Source of the DNA: Octopus sinensis
Taxonomy: Eukaryota
NCBI RefSeq assembly: GCF_006345805.1
Contig: NC_042997.1
Coordinates: 133,982,001 to 134,046,000 of the forward strand
Direction: 5' to 3'
Length of the DNA: 64,000 nt
Under the pieces are notes generated by a model. That model was given only the letters and a program-made list of their open reading frames with translations, did not search any database and was not told the DNA's origin. Position numbers and translations under genes: made by a program. Of the stretch, positions 23,745-35,689 are shown piece after piece (position 1 is the stretch's first letter; the number at the start of each line of letters is the position of its first letter).

Positions 23745-24055
23745 TCATCATCATCATCATCATCGTCGTCGTTTAACGTCCGCTTTCCATGCTAGCATGG
23801 GTTGGACGATTTGACTGAGGACTGGCGAACCAGATGACTGCACCAGGCTCCAATCTCGATCTGGCAGAATTTCTACAACTGGATGCCCTTCCTAACGCCA
23901 ACCACTCCGAGAGTGTAGTGGGTACTTTTACATGCCACCAGCACGAGGGCCAATCAGGTGGTACTGGCAACAGCCACACTCAAATGGTGTTTTTTACGTG
24001 CCACCTGCACAGGAGCCAGTCCAGTGGCATTGGCAACGACCTCGCTCGAATGTTT
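23745..24055 (-). mobile_element. Family C repeat
   Basis: (ATC)n then CGTTTAACGTCCGCTTTCCATGCTAGC...GGATGCCCTTCCTAACGCCAACC. Confidence 0.85.
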
Positions 24056-24639
24056 TGGATAAATATTAACTATCTCTATTTATGTTAGCATAATGTTAGG
24101 TAATGCTCTGTCATAGACATGTTAGTAATTTTCTTGTATCATTATTTTATTTTGCTAATTTCTTTCCACAACTTTTAAAAACATCTTGGTTCTCCCATTT
24201 ATACTGAAATACCCACCCCCACCAATTTTCTTTCCTACACCATTACTAGATCACACTTTTACCTACGGATTTTGAAGCCCTATGTTGGTAGATTGTGTGT
24301 TTTTTATATATTGGGCTTTCAGATTTCTTCTCTAGGCCATGTTTTTCTTTCCTATTCTTTCTTCCTTTTGTCTATTTGGAAGCTTTTGAATTAACTCTGA
24401 TGAAGGACCCCCGTGTTCTAATACGAAGGTCCTATGAAGAGGTAAAAATATTATTTTCACAATTCTTTATAGGCACTGATTGGCAACGGAAGCGGAAACG
24501 GGCGTAAGAATTATTATGTCACATCACTATTATGTCATGTTTTGTATTAAATAATAAGCTTTAGATGTAGTCCAGTTGTGTTGTTTGTTGATCTAATGTT
24601 TACTCTGTGTATAATTCCACTTTCAAATAACACAATTAC

Positions 24640-24993
24640 AAGAAGACAGGATGAAATGTCTAATTTTGTTGAGGAAAAGATTGTGGAAATTCTCCAAAAG
24701 ACAAAATTTTTCTATCCAGGTTGATGATAGCACAATTCATAACCAAGCTATTATTCTGGTCTATGTCAGATTCATCCATGAAGATGATATAAGGGAAGAA
24801 ATGTTATTCATTAAAAGTTTGTCTGAAACTACCAATGGAGAAGATATATTCAATGAAGTAATGCAATATTTTAATGATAAAAATATTCGATTGACTAATT
24901 TGATCAACATTGCATCAGATGGAGCTGCAGCTATGACTGGAAAAGTGAAAGGCTTTATTTCTAGAAGGAAATCAGTTGCTCTTCATATTTTCT
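24640..24993 (+). pseudogene. hAT (Charlie/Buster/SPIN-type) transposase fragment
   Basis: FSIQVDDST..NQAIILVYVRFI...EEMLFIKSL..TTNGEDIF...IASDGAAAMTG carries the first two catalytic Asp motifs of this group; truncated on both sides. Confidence 0.88.
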
Positions 24994-25107
24994 GATTATA
25001 TATATATATATATATATATATGTGCGTGTGTGTGTGTGTGTGTGTGTTTGAAGGTGCATGGCTCAGTGGTTAGAGCAGCTGGCTTGCAATCATATATAAT
25101 ATATATA

Positions 25108-25170
<63 letters not shown>

Positions 25171-25173
<3 letters not shown>

Positions 25174-25536
25174 ATATATAAACGGCAGTTTGTCTGTGTG
25201 TGTTTCTGTGTGTCTGTCAGGTTGTACCCTCACCCTTACCACGGCTTTCAACCGATTCTGATGAAACTTGACACACACATAGCCCAATGTCATAATTCAA
25301 AACTAACGCAGCGAAAATTTTGAAAAGTTCCCCCAGTTCTGAAAAAAATCGATAAATTCGACATGGGGTCGAGAATCAGAAACACAAACCACAGACTGTC
25401 TAGGGACGCAACTCGACCTTTTTAACTAAAAAAAATTTACCATCATTTTTTTTTCCATTTTTTGGCTATAACTCTCTAAAAATGCTTTATAGTTATTTCC
25501 CTTACAAACCCGAGCAACGCCGGGCGATACTGCTAG
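25171..25536 (+). mobile_element. Non-autonomous Helitron family H2 (single copy in (TA)n)
   Basis: Starts TCTATATATAAACGGCAG, ends CCCGAGCAACGCCGGG-CGATACTG-CTAG followed by T. Confidence 0.85.
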
Positions 25537-25554
25537 TATATATATATATATATA

Positions 25555-26050
25555 TGTAATAATTGTTATAAATAACTTAATTATTCATAGTCTGGTATAG
25601 TATTTCAGAATATAAAAATTCCTTCTTCAGATATTGCTAGGAATTACTCAAGTGACTGTTAGAATTGATTTTCTAACGGTTACTGAAATATTTTTCGGGA
25701 GTGTTGGAAAACTGTGAGACAGCATGTTCTTTGTCTATCTCCTTAACTTCTTGGAGATTTTAGGTATAATTATACTAATGTATCCATCTGTTCTAATTTA
25801 ATTAAATTCTATGTCTTTGTGCAGCTGAAGATTGCACTGCATTTTAAATTCATGTAATGATTGCATTGTTCAATTAAATGGAGTTGCATGAAACAATTGT
25901 ACTGCATTACCTCTGGATATCCTTATTGCTTATTTTGATTTTAATCACCTTACTTTGAAATTGTATGGATAATACCGTACTACATTCTGGTGCCTCAACT
26001 TAAGTACCATATTCATCTGAATCAAAATTTTTGCTGAACTCATCTACCAT
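25555..26050 (-). mobile_element. Probable Penelope-like remnant (related piece at ~55198-55290, plus strand)
   Basis: Shares TCAGCAAAA.TT..ATTCAGATGAATATGGTACTTAAGT..AGGCACCAGAAT with 55.2 kb; carries a partial CUGAAGA...GAAA motif near its end. Confidence 0.45.
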
Positions 26051-26052
26051 AC

Positions 26053-26098
<46 letters not shown>

Positions 26099-26172
26099 CA
26101 GTCCTTTGTAAAGTTGTACGGTAGTAGGTAGTTTGGTGGGTACCCGCTACCATACAACTTTACAAAGGACTG
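26099..26172. mobile_element. 74-bp hairpin MITE, Tc1/mariner-like ends
   Basis: TA-CAGTCCTTTGTAAAGTTGTA...TACAACTTTACAAAGGACTG-TA. Confidence 0.75.
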
Positions 26173-26267
26173 TACCTACTCAGGTAATCACCAAGAGTGC
26201 CTTTGGATTTAATCATCCCTTAGAGGTTTTAAACTCCTCTGACTGATACCTACACTATATATGTATA

Positions 26268-26303
<36 letters not shown>

Positions 26304-26369
26304 TGTATGTATGTATGTATGTATGTATATCAGAAATAATAGGTTATATAAATAGAAATAATTACAACT

Positions 26370-26645
26370 GTTTCAGATATGTGTGCCAATGCCACATAAA
26401 AACACCTGTGATGGCGTCACATAACAAAGCACTTGTGCCAGCACCACATAAAAAGCACTAATATAGGTACCACAGAAATGCACTCAGTACACTCTGTAAA
26501 GTGTTTGGCATTAGGAAGGGCATCCAGCCATAGAAGCCATGCTAAAACAGACAATTGGAGCGTGGTGCAGCTTTCCAGCTGGCTAGTTCCTGTCAAACTG
26601 TCCAACCCATGCCAGCATGGGAAACAGACGTTAAATGGTGATAAT
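26370..26645 (+). mobile_element. Diverged family C repeat
   Basis: TTGGCATTAGGAAGGGCATCCAGCCATAGAA core and CCAACCCATGCCAGCATGG...GACGTTAAATG end. Confidence 0.72.
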
Positions 26646-26679
26646 GATTATATATATATATATTATATTATTCTACATA

Positions 26680-26950
26680 TGGTGGAGGCACAATGGCCCA
26701 GTGGTTAGGGCAGCATACTCGCGTTGTGTGTTTATTGAGCGAAAACACCTTAAAGCTCCACGAGGCTCCGGCATTAGGTGATGATGACTCCTGTTGTACT
26801 CTCTTGCCCCAACTTTCTCTCACTCTCTCTTCCTGTCTCTTGAGTAATGCTGCGATGGACTAGCATCCCGTCCAGCTGGGGGGAACACATACGCCACAGA
26901 AAACGGGAAACCAGGCCCATGAGCCTGGTTAGGCTTGAAAAGGGTGACAT
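26680..26950 (+). mobile_element. tRNA-derived SINE family E
   Basis: GGAGGCACAATGGCCCAGTGGTTAGGGC head; internal GCGATGGACTAGCATCCCGTCCAG motif reminiscent of V-type SINE 3' regions (recalled, not searched). Confidence 0.6.
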
Positions 26951-27674
26951 TTTAGTTTTATTCCACATATGTAATTCATGTTTGCTATTGGTACCCCTTT
27001 TCCACCTGCCTATAACTGTAAGCAGGACAATTACCATATTTGTACATTTAATATACACTTTTTCTTTTGCATGCCCCCAACTAAATCCAAGATCAAACAC
27101 AAAAACAATGAAAACTTTCCACTGTGTGAATCCTACAACATTGACTTCACAGCAAGTGCACTTTTATGATCAGCAACATAAAGTTCAAAAATCACTTTTG
27201 AATTTAGTTTTCATTTTATTTAGGACACAAGAACATTTTTCAATGTATGTTACATTCAACAATTATAATAGATCTGATAATAAAAAATACTTCTTTTTTC
27301 CATATAAAGGAAAAACCAGTGAGGTATTTTTTTTTCTTTTACTGAGATGTCATTGACCATAATGGTATGCAAGTGTAGGTTACACATGAATAAATACAGT
27401 AATTCTACTTACCTGACTGAACTAAAATACAGGTTTTCTATCATACTTCAGGCTTCAGTAGAGATATTCAACTGTTAAAAACAACTACTCCAACAAATAA
27501 AATGTCACCTAATAAAATGTAGAAGAAGTATATAAAATATGATAAAATATGTGCATGCGTGTGTGTATGTATGTGTGTGCATGTATATGTATGTGGATAT
27601 GGATATGTGAGTATGCATGCATGCATATATCTATCTATCTACATGTATATACACGAGTGTGTATGTACACACAA

Positions 27675-27890
27675 AGGTGGTGAGCTGGCAGAAACGTTAG
27701 CACGTTGGGCAAAATGCTTAGCGGTATATCGTCTGTCGTTATGTTCTGAGTTCAAATTCCGCTGAGGTTGACTTTGCCTTCCATTCTCTCGGGGTCGATA
27801 AACAAAGTACTAGTTACACACTGGGTCGATGTAATCGACTTAATCCGTTTGTCTGTCCTTGTTTGTCCCCTCTATGTTTAGCCCCTATGT
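27675..27890 (+). mobile_element. SINE family B
   Basis: AGGTGGTGAGCTGGCAGAAACGTTAGCAC head through TATGTTTAGCCCC tail. Confidence 0.82.
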
Positions 27891-28129
27891 AAAAGAATGA
27901 GCATAAAAATTAATATTAATTAATATCAATTTAAACCAGTGGCCTAGCATACTTAAAAAATCCGAAGACTAAGAAATATATTACATACATATATAAGAGG
28001 AATAACCACCAAGGTGGATTCCTAATATGCTAGAAGAAGATGCTAAATCATCTTACCCTGAAGAATGTGTTCTCAAGAAATTTCAACCAGAATGTAAAAT
28101 GAGTAAGGCAAATGTAAAGATACAAAATT

Positions 28130-28947
28130 TGGTGATAGTGCTTTTTACGTATCTCCAGTCCAGGGGTCCTGGCATCTGCCAGGTGCCAGTCATAGGATTG
28201 GTTCAATTTCGATTCCGATTTTGATTTCGATTTCACTTGCCCCAACAGGTCTTCGCAAGCAAAGGGGGGTAGGCATAGGTGCCTGTCGTCGGATGAAGTT
28301 CGATATCGACTTCGCTTGCCTCAACAGGTCTTTGTGTGTCCAAGGGAGGAAAGGCATGCATAAATGGGCTGGACTCACTTGTCCTGCCTGGTCTTTTCAC
28401 ACACAGCATATTTCCAAAGTTCTCGGTCGCAGGTCACTTCCTCAGTGAGACCTAAAGTTCGAAGGTCGTGCTTCACCACCTTGTCCCAGGTTTTCCTGGG
28501 TCTACCTCTTCCATGGGTTCCCTCCACTGCTAGGGATTGGCACATTTTCACACACCTATCTTCATCCATTCTCGCCACATGACCATACCAGCGCAAACGT
28601 CTCTCTTGCACACCACAACTGATGCTCCTTAAGTCCAACATTTCTCTCAGGGTACTAACGCTCTGTCGAGCATGCACACTGACATTACACATCCATCGGA
28701 GCATACTGGCTTCATTTCTCGCGAGCTTACGCATGTCCTCAGCAGTCACGGCCCATGTTTCACTGCCATGTAGCATGGCTGTTCGTACATATGCATCATA
28801 CAGTCTGCCTTTTACTCTGAGCGAGAGGCCTTTAGTCACCAGCAGAGGTAAGAGCTCCCTAAACTTTGCCCAGGCTATTCTTACTCTAGCCGTTACACTT
28901 TCAGTACACTCCACCCACTACTGACTTGGTCACCAAGATAACGGAAG

Positions 28948-28949
<2 letters not shown>
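28130..28949 (-). pseudogene. RTE-clade LINE 3' fragment (end of RT ORF plus part of 3' UTR)
   Basis: SFRYLGDQ...ESVTARVRIAWAKFRELLPLL...KGRLYDAYVRTAMLHGSETW...MLRWMC...RRLRWYGHVARMDEDR...GRGRPRKTW...DRELWKYAV; ORF 28375-28914. Confidence 0.93.
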
Positions 28950-28994
<45 letters not shown>

Positions 28995-29704
28995 CAAGTG
29001 ATGGTGAGGGTGACCCTGGTAAATTGATGCTTGCAATAATACTTACCATTCCTAGTCTTATTTGACATTTGGTTTTCACTGTGGGATTGTTTCTCCATGT
29101 CAAACGTTACTCTTAAACTTGAAGATCTTCGACACAAACGCAAGCTTTCAGAATTTTCAGTTTTTGAAATATCATCAATAATATTGCCAGTGTTAGAAAC
29201 ATACACATATATATATATACAGAATATATGCATAGACATACATATATGTTTATATATAAATATATATATATATACACACACATGCACATAATATATCTCT
29301 ATATATAAAACTGAATTGCGTTTTTACCGCTTGGATCGCTTTCAATGCCACTACATCCCGTCCGATTCGCACCAAAATTTACAGGGACATGTAGAATGAG
29401 GTGACGATGCGCGTGGGCTACCTTAGAAATCCCTATCTTAAAAGGTGTGGTTGCTAGGGGCCATCTTCCTCACTCACCCTATTTCCTCCTTTCCTTCTCT
29501 TACTCCTCTTCATAACTTTCAGAAGTCCACTACGGTTATTTAAAGTATCTGTCACTATCGCTATTTCCTTTCTTTTTCACTGACTCTGTTTCCTACCTTC
29601 CTATCACTTCCGCGACGTTCTTTTAAGTATATGTCTGTCACCAACAAACAACACACGAGCATGAGAACAAATATTATGAATCAGATATTCTTGCGTTCAT
29701 TTAT

Positions 29705-29930
29705 ATGTGTGTGTGTGTGTGTTCTATATATAAATATGTATATATAATGTATGTGCGCGTGTGTGTGTGTTCTATATATAAATATGTATATATAATGTAT
29801 GTGTGTGTGTGTTCTATATATAAATATGTATATATAATGTATGTGTGTGTGTGTTCTATATATAAATATGTATATATAATGTATGTGTGTGTGTGTTCTA
29901 TATATAAATATGTATATATAATGTATATAT
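29705..29930 (+). repeat. 42-bp minisatellite (~5 copies) built from TA/TG microsatellite
   Basis: TCTATATATAAATATGTATATATAATGTAT(GT)n recurs at 29771, 29813, 29855, 29897. Confidence 0.85.
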
Positions 29931-30075
29931 ACAAAGTGTATATATCTGTATTTATGTATATTAAACTTTTTCATACTTTTTCATAGTTATATATATTTTT
30001 AAACAAATTATAAATATAATTTAATAATTTTTATTTTCAATTTAAATAATTTAAAGTTTTCAATTTTATATTTTA

Positions 30076-30990
30076 CTAGCAGTATCGCCTGGCGTTGCTC
30101 GGGTTGTAAGGGAAATAACTATATAAGCATTTTTAGTGAGTTATAGCAAAAAAAAATAGCAAAAAAATGCATTAAAAATGGAATAAAAAATGATAGTAAT
30201 TTTTTTTTAAATCGTTGACTCATCGTAGACATTTTTAGAGAGTTACTTCCCTTATATAATAGCGAAAAATGCATTAAAATGGAATAAAAAATGATGGTAA
30301 TTTTTTTTTAATCGTTGACTCATCGTAGACGCGCGCTAATACCCAGAAGGGCTCGATATGAATCACGACTATAAGATACCCGGTTTTGGTTACACTGCAC
30401 CGCAAAATGTGGGAGTGGTTAGGAATCTAAATCGTAGGAGACAGACACACAACCTTACTTTTATATATAAAGACTAGCAGTATCGCCCGGCGTTGCTCGG
30501 GTTTGTAAGGGAAATAACTATATAAGCATTTTTAGAGAGTTATAGCAAAAAAATGCATTAAAAATGGAATAAAAAGTGATGGTAATTTTTTTTTAAATCG
30601 TTGACTCAGTGTCTTCAAGCCATGAAGTCGTTGTTCTAAAAGAACGCTGGTCTCCTTGACAACGCTTTACGACGTTGATTTCCTTACACTCCCTTCCCCA
30701 CAGCTTCACGAGGGAGAAGCAAACAGGTGCAGATGTGAGCGTGGACGCCAACTCCGCCGCCATCGACACACAAAAAATTATGCATTAAAATGGAATAAAA
30801 AATGATGTTAAATTATTTTTAAAATCGTAGACTCATCGTAGACGCGCGCTAATAGCCAGACGGGCTCGATATGAATCACGACTACAAGATACCCGATTTT
30901 GGTTAAACTGCACCGCAAAATGTGGGAGTAGTTAGGAATCTAAATCGAAGGGGACAGACACTCACACAACTACAGTTTTATATATATAGA
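30076..30990 (-). mobile_element. Head-to-tail dimer of Helitron family H3 nested in H4
   Basis: CTAGCAGTATCGCC.GGCGTTGCTCGGG at 30076 and 30474; AGA|CTAG junction (CTAG|TC on minus) at 30473/30474; 5' end TATATATATAGA at 30990. Confidence 0.87.
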
Positions 30991-31133
30991 TATATTTTCT
31001 ATGTTATATTTTCTTTTTTTATGTTTTTGTTTTTGGTTTTTCACTGTTTGATTTGCCTATTAGTGGTTTTATCTCTAATTTAATTTATACAGATATATAT
31101 CTCATTTGTATACATTTGTATATATAATGCGTG

Positions 31134-31183
<50 letters not shown>

Positions 31184-31999
31184 ATGTGTGCATTACGTAG
31201 TCGGTCGATTCAGCTGAAAATATGCACACCTATGTTAAAGGTGCTGACAAGTTTGCATGACAACTATTTTGTTCCTCAAATGAAAGGCGTCACCTCTAGG
31301 ACAAAATTCCTCATCTTATAAAATGTGGCCCCAGTAGACCCGAATGAAATCGGGTTATATTAACCAAAATGTGAAATGGGGTCTAACTGGGGCTGGAAGG
31401 GGATTAAAATTTCTAGGAGTGGGTGTTTAGGAATTCTCTGTTACATCAAGCTAAAAAATTTGCGCCAGCCTTTTAATCGTCAATGTGTTGCCGTCCATGA
31501 TAAAGAAGTTTTGAATGCTTGCCATGGTGAGTCTACTGTCGTGAGAAAGAATCACTTCAAAACTTGGTGTTTACGAATTTTCTTTTACATCAAGTTCAAA
31601 ATTTTACGCCAGCCGTTAAACTGTCACTACGTTGCTGTCCGTCGTTAACAAATGCCAGCCATTGTGACTCTACTATCCTCAGATTCTATCCCTTCAAACT
31701 TTGGTTTCCAATATTTTATTATTTTTATTCAGCTCGCAAGTTCGTCTGTCCCTTTTAAATGTTAGCGTTTTGCTGTCTGCCTTGAAGCAGACCTTTCCAT
31801 TGCCACTGCCTCATATTTCTGATTGATCTTTCTAAATATTTTATTTCTCAACTTACTCAAGATCTTCTGTTGTTTATAAATGGGAGAGAGATAGATAAAG
31901 ATAGAGAGTAAGAGAAAGCGAGGGAGAGTCCGAGAGAAAAGAAAAGTAAGAGAGTGGGAAAGTGAGAGAGAAAGGAGAGAGAAACAAATACGGAGAATC

Positions 32000-32310
32000 A
32001 TCATCATCATCATCGTTTAACGTCCGTTTTTCGTGCTAGCACGAGTTGGGCAGTGTGACCGGGGTCTCGGAAGCCAGGAGGCTGCACCAGGCTCCAGTCT
32101 GATCTGGCAGTGTTTCTACAGGTGGATGACCTTCCTAACGCCAACCACTCTGTGAATGTAGTGAGTGCTTTTTTCGTGCCGCCGGCACTGGTGCCAGGGG
32201 GGCTCGCAGTGGCAACGATCGGTTGTTGCTTTTTACGTGCCACCGGCACAGAAGCAAGTCAAGGCAGCGCTGCAATCGGCCACGTTCGGATGGTGCTTTT
32301 TACGTGCTGA
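32000..32310 (-). mobile_element. Family C segment carried inside Helitron H4
   Basis: Same segment at the same position in the H4 copies at ~39720-40035 and ~41845-42155. Confidence 0.82.
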
Positions 32311-32850
32311 AAGGAAGCAACAGAAAGTAACAACCACACTCTTACCCGCGCGTAGAGCGGGTCACCTTCAGCTAGTATATGTATATATGTAACATATTAC
32401 ATATATCATACATACATCTTGCATGCATGCAAACACACACACATATACAAAAGACATACACAGACACATAGACCTACTGACATAAGTTGAAGGGTTTAAT
32501 GGGCGCTGGTTAGCCAGAAGGCTGTAGCCAGCTTTGTGGCTGATAATAAGAGGCCAGAGTTTGATAGAGCCTTCATAATTTTCTTCAAATTGGTAAATAT
32601 TTTGCCATAAAAGGAAAATGTTGCTATCAATTTATTTTATTCAAAGTAGGTAAGCTCTGCCTACCTTTCCTACCGAGGCAGCTTTATAAAAGCATATTAC
32701 TCTACCTTTGGTATTTGAGTACTACTTTTTCCACCTTGCTTTGCATTTATGTGCTTAATTGTGTATGTACATGCATGTGTGCATGTATGTGTGTGTGTAT
32801 ATATATATACATACAAATATAGATAGATTTATATATGTATATATACATAC

Positions 32851-32898
<48 letters not shown>

Positions 32899-32912
32899 AC
32901 ATATATATATAT

Positions 32913-32948
<36 letters not shown>

Positions 32949-33007
32949 CATATATATACACATACACATATATATATACAGAATATATACATAGACATAC
33001 ATATATG

Positions 33008-33038
<31 letters not shown>

Positions 33039-33283
33039 TGCACATAATATATATATGTATATATGTAACATATTACATATATCATACATACATCTTGTGA
33101 GACTTATATCATACATTAATGGTGTTTTTACTTTGACATTTCTGCAATATCTCGTTACCATATAAGTTGCAAAGAAGAATACAGTTAACTTCATTGTTTT
33201 ATTGATTTCTGAAATTTTTGCTTTGATTAAATCAGATATTCTGGTGTCATCCTAAGTATTAGAAAAAGATATATATATATATG

Positions 33284-33316
<33 letters not shown>

Positions 33317-33325
33317 GCATTTATA

Positions 33326-33376
<51 letters not shown>

Positions 33377-33443
33377 ATACAAAATATATATATATATATA
33401 TATATCTATTATATACATATAAATGTGTGTGTGTATATATATA

Positions 33444-33800
33444 CAGGAGTGGCTGTGTGGTAAGTAGCTTGCTTACCAACCACATGGTTCCGAGTTTAGT
33501 CCCACTGCATGGCACCTTGCGTAAGTGTCTTCTACTATAGCCTTGGTAGACAGAAACTGAAAGAAGCCCGTCGTATGTATATATATGTGTGTTTGTGTGT
33601 CTGTGTTTGTCCCCCCAACATCGCTTGACAACTGATGGTGGTGTGTTTATGTCCCCGTAACTTAACAGTTTTGCAAAAGAGACGATAGAATAAGTACTAG
33701 GCTTACAAAGAATAAGTCCTGAGGTCGATTTGCTCGACTAAAGGCAGTGCTCCAGCATGGTCGCATTCAAATGACTGAAACAAGTAAAAGAGTAAAAAGA
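33444..33800 (+). mobile_element. SINE family A (internal deletion)
   Basis: Head GGAGTGGCTGTGTGGTAAG to tail GAAACAAGTAAAAGAGTAAAA. Confidence 0.85.
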
Positions 33801-33807
33801 GAGTATA

Positions 33808-33864
<57 letters not shown>

Positions 33865-33873
33865 TACATATAG

Positions 33874-33906
<33 letters not shown>

Positions 33907-34789
33907 CTATATATATATATATATTACACACATCACACACACATATATATATACACACCCAACGTATACATTCCAAGATGAATATAAAAGCAAAAAAATT
34001 ATATTGATATCAAGAATATCAAATGTTTCTTTTCCCGTTTTTGTTTTTCATTTATTTATTTTATTTTATTTTATTTCACATCATTTTTATTTCAAGAATA
34101 CTTGTCAGGAAATCATATATTGCATAATTCTCTCCTCGTTTTTTTATTTTTTTCCTTTTTAGAAATATTGTTATTTCTCTTTTTTTTTTTGTTTGATTTT
34201 TTTTTTTTTCTGAACGAATACATCAAGATTCTACTCAATATATGTACTGAAATTAACAATAATACATAAATAATAAAATATGAATTATATCTTGAAGTTT
34301 GTTGTCTTTGCTCTTTGTTTGATGTGTTATTTTTGGCACCAATCTTGGAATCTGCAAAGGTTAAAAGCACTGTTCCATTCATTGCAAAAAATACATCACA
34401 TAACTTTTGCAATAAGCAATGTTCTTTGCATCTGTTTGCATTTTCCACCCTAATATATATTGGTGAATGTATGGCTGTGTGGTTTAGAAGTTTGCTTTTG
34501 GGGGTTCAATCTCTGTGCGTGACAACTGAGATGGTTGTATAATCCTAGATTCCAAGTCAATGCTTTTGGCTTTCCATCAGAAATTTGCTGAACTGTGAAG
34601 AGCGAGAGGTCAACTGAAGACATAATTCAACAAGTTACAGTTTCACAAACACACACACACACACGATGTACTGTAGTAACTATAAGTTTAGGAGAATCAT
34701 TATGCAAATTTTTAACATTTGTGTAATTTTTACGGGTCTTGAAGCAAATGACAGAAGTAAACTGGTATTATTTAGTCCTAGGCAAGATG

Positions 34790-35200
34790 GCTGAAACTTT
34801 AGCATGCCAGGTGAAATGCTTAATGGTATTTCATCTGCCTTTACGTTCTGAGTTCAAATTCCACCGAGGTCGACTTTGACTTTCATCCTTTTAGGGTCAA
34901 TTAAATAAGTACCAGTTACGCACTGGGGTCGATATAATCGACTTAATCCGTTTGTCTGTCCTTGTTTGTCCTCTCTGTGTTTAGCCCCTTGTGGGTAGTA
35001 AAGAAATAGGTATTTCGTCTGCCACTACATTCTGAGTTCAAATTCCACCGAGGTCGACTTTGCCTTTCATCCTTTCGGGGTTAATTAAATAAGTACCAGT
35101 TACGCACTGGCATCGATATAATCGACTTAATCCGTTTGTCTGTCCTTGTTTGTCCTCTCTGTGTTTAACCCCTTGTGGGTAGTAATGAAATAGGTATTAT
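34790..35200 (+). mobile_element. SINE family B partial-tandem dimer
   Basis: Body plus tail repeated; junction GTAGTAAAGAAATAGGTATTTCGTCTGCC at ~34995-35023. Confidence 0.82.
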
Positions 35201-35235
35201 TTAGTAGTCGAAGGTGATCTGGCAGAAAGATTTGC

Positions 35236-35399
35236 ATAGGTGTAGGAGGGGCTGTGTGGTAAGTAGCTTGCTTACGAACCACATGGTTCCCGGTTCAGTC
35301 CCACTGCATGGCACCTTGGGCAAGTGGCTTCTACTATAGCCTCAGGCCAACCAAAGCCTTGTGAGTGGATTTGGTAGACGGAAACTGAAAGAAGCCGTC

Positions 35400-35469
<70 letters not shown>

Positions 35470-35630
35470 ATATGTATGTGTGTGTATATGTTTGTGTGTT
35501 TGTGTTTGTCCCCCAACATCACTTGACAACTGATGCTGGTGTGTTTACGTCCCCGTAACTTAGCGGTTATATCCTCGTAACTTAGTGGTTTGGTAAGCAA
35601 GCTACTTACCACACAGCCACTCCTGCACTT
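35236..35630. mobile_element. SINE family A (+, ~35236-35575) and inverted A head (-, ~35585-35630)
   Basis: Matches family A sequence. Confidence 0.8.
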
Positions 35631-35689
35631 ATATATATATATATGTATATATATATGTATATGTATATGTATATGTATATATATCATCA

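Larger units (their letters stand above)
29296..32375 (+). mobile_element. Non-autonomous Helitron family H4 with nested insertions
   Basis: Starts TCTCTATATATAAAACTG, ends ACCCGC-GCGTAGA-GCGGGT hairpin plus CACCTTCAG-CTAG; homologous to the minus copies at 39651-42940; empty A|T site at 33051/33052. Confidence 0.88.

Noticed and set aside
24651-24995. Exon of a domesticated hAT gene (ZBED/SCAND3/GTF2IRD2-like)
   Set aside because: Isolated fragment that degrades at both ends with no clear splice context; best explained as a transposase fossil.
34310-34375. Minus-strand coding exon DSKIGAKNNTSNKEQRQQTS after a CCTTTGCAG acceptor
   Set aside because: No good donor at the end and no recognisable protein similarity.
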